DNA of 32,000 nt from assembly GCF_020969955.1 (NCBI RefSeq), contig NZ_JAHDSX010000007.1:36973-68972 (forward strand), written 5' to 3'. This stretch comes from Allobaculum fili. GTDB lineage: Bacteria; Bacillota_I; Bacilli_A; Erysipelotrichales; Erysipelotrichaceae. Position 1 is the stretch's first letter, and each line of letters begins with the position of its first letter. A model generated the notes under the pieces. That model ran no database searches. It was given only the letters and a program-made list of their open reading frames with translations, and was not told where the DNA came from. The position numbers and the translations under genes are program-made. Positions 31,687 through 32,000 of the stretch are shown here, piece by piece.

Positions 31687-32000
31687 TGGAAGAAAAATTC
31701 TGCGCCCCCCCTTAAATCCCATTCATTCTGAAAGAGGATATCGGCCGGTTGTTACGTATTTGTAGAACTCATCTGGTGACAGCTTCGCCAGATCCCACTG
31801 ATACCGCTCTTCATTGTAGTAGCGGATCTGCTCGTCCAGCAGCGAACAGATCTCCTGGAAAGTCCGGCACTTCCATATGGCCGAAGAAGCTTTCCTGAGG
31901 AGCGTTGTCCCAGCAGTTTCCTCTGCGTGACATCGACTGGCGCAGTTTCTTCTGACGGAGCAGTTCCCGAAACCCGACACTTGTGTAGTAACACCCCTGA
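31687..32000 (-). mobile_element. IS3-family insertion sequence, 3' part of the transposase (OrfB) with internal damage; truncated by the window edge
   Basis: One reverse frame reads ...QGCYYTSVGFRELLRQKKLRQSMSRRGNCWDNAPQESFFGHM, the DDE region with the conserved E. A different frame reads KCRTFQEICSLLDEQIRYYNEERYQWDLAKLSPDEFYKY...*, the IS3 C-terminus, with its stop at 31723. The frame change is at ~31870. The element end is guessed at TGGAAG... (31687). Confidence 0.75.

Noticed and set aside
31087-31700. tRNA or tmRNA gene as integration target next to the integrase remnant
   Set aside because: I could not find a cloverleaf-compatible sequence (GTTCGAATC-type T-arm with matching acceptor stem). 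The hairpins present are simple perfect stems. tRNAscan-SE should confirm.
1-32000. Search for a CRISPR array or cas genes to go with the Csx16-like gene
   Set aside because: I saw no run of regularly spaced 25-40-bp direct repeats, and no Cas-like ORFs, anywhere in the window. The Csx16-like gene therefore appears orphan within these 32 kb; the rest of the genome is unknown.

Overview
This is a 32-kb chromosomal segment with Bacillota (Firmicutes)-type gene order; the taxon is inferred only from gene content and order. The left third (380..11415) is housekeeping: an NfnAB-type (SudBA / GltD-like) ferredoxin:NADP oxidoreductase pair, efp, a highly charged tail-anchored protein, cmk, der, gpsA, an HU-family gene, msrA, and a three-gene polar amino-acid ABC importer on the reverse strand behind an unexplained ~480-bp leader. 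The rest is mostly accessory. It holds an HTH-Fic protein with a degenerate Fic motif, an SPFH/double-zinc-ribbon (YdjI-like) protein and a marR-flavodoxin operon. An A/T-richer islet carries a 442-aa unknown protein and an orphan Csx16-like (Cas_VVA1548-like) protein. A very large secreted GH2 glycosidase with CBM-type modules is split into three reading frames. Then come a choloylglycine hydrolase (BSH/PVA family), a membrane metallophosphoesterase and lgt. The window ends in a second A/T-richer accessory block: a split helical-repeat gene, an HD-domain protein, a small membrane ORF, a DUF4143-type AAA ATPase, a tyrosine-recombinase remnant and a truncated, internally damaged IS3-family transposase. 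I recognised no rRNA, tRNA or CRISPR array. Two things stand out: at least five frame disruptions, all outside the conserved housekeeping genes and several at short homopolymers; and the Csx16-like/442-aa gene pair, my best candidate for an undescribed module. All family assignments come from reading motifs by eye, and no database search was run.
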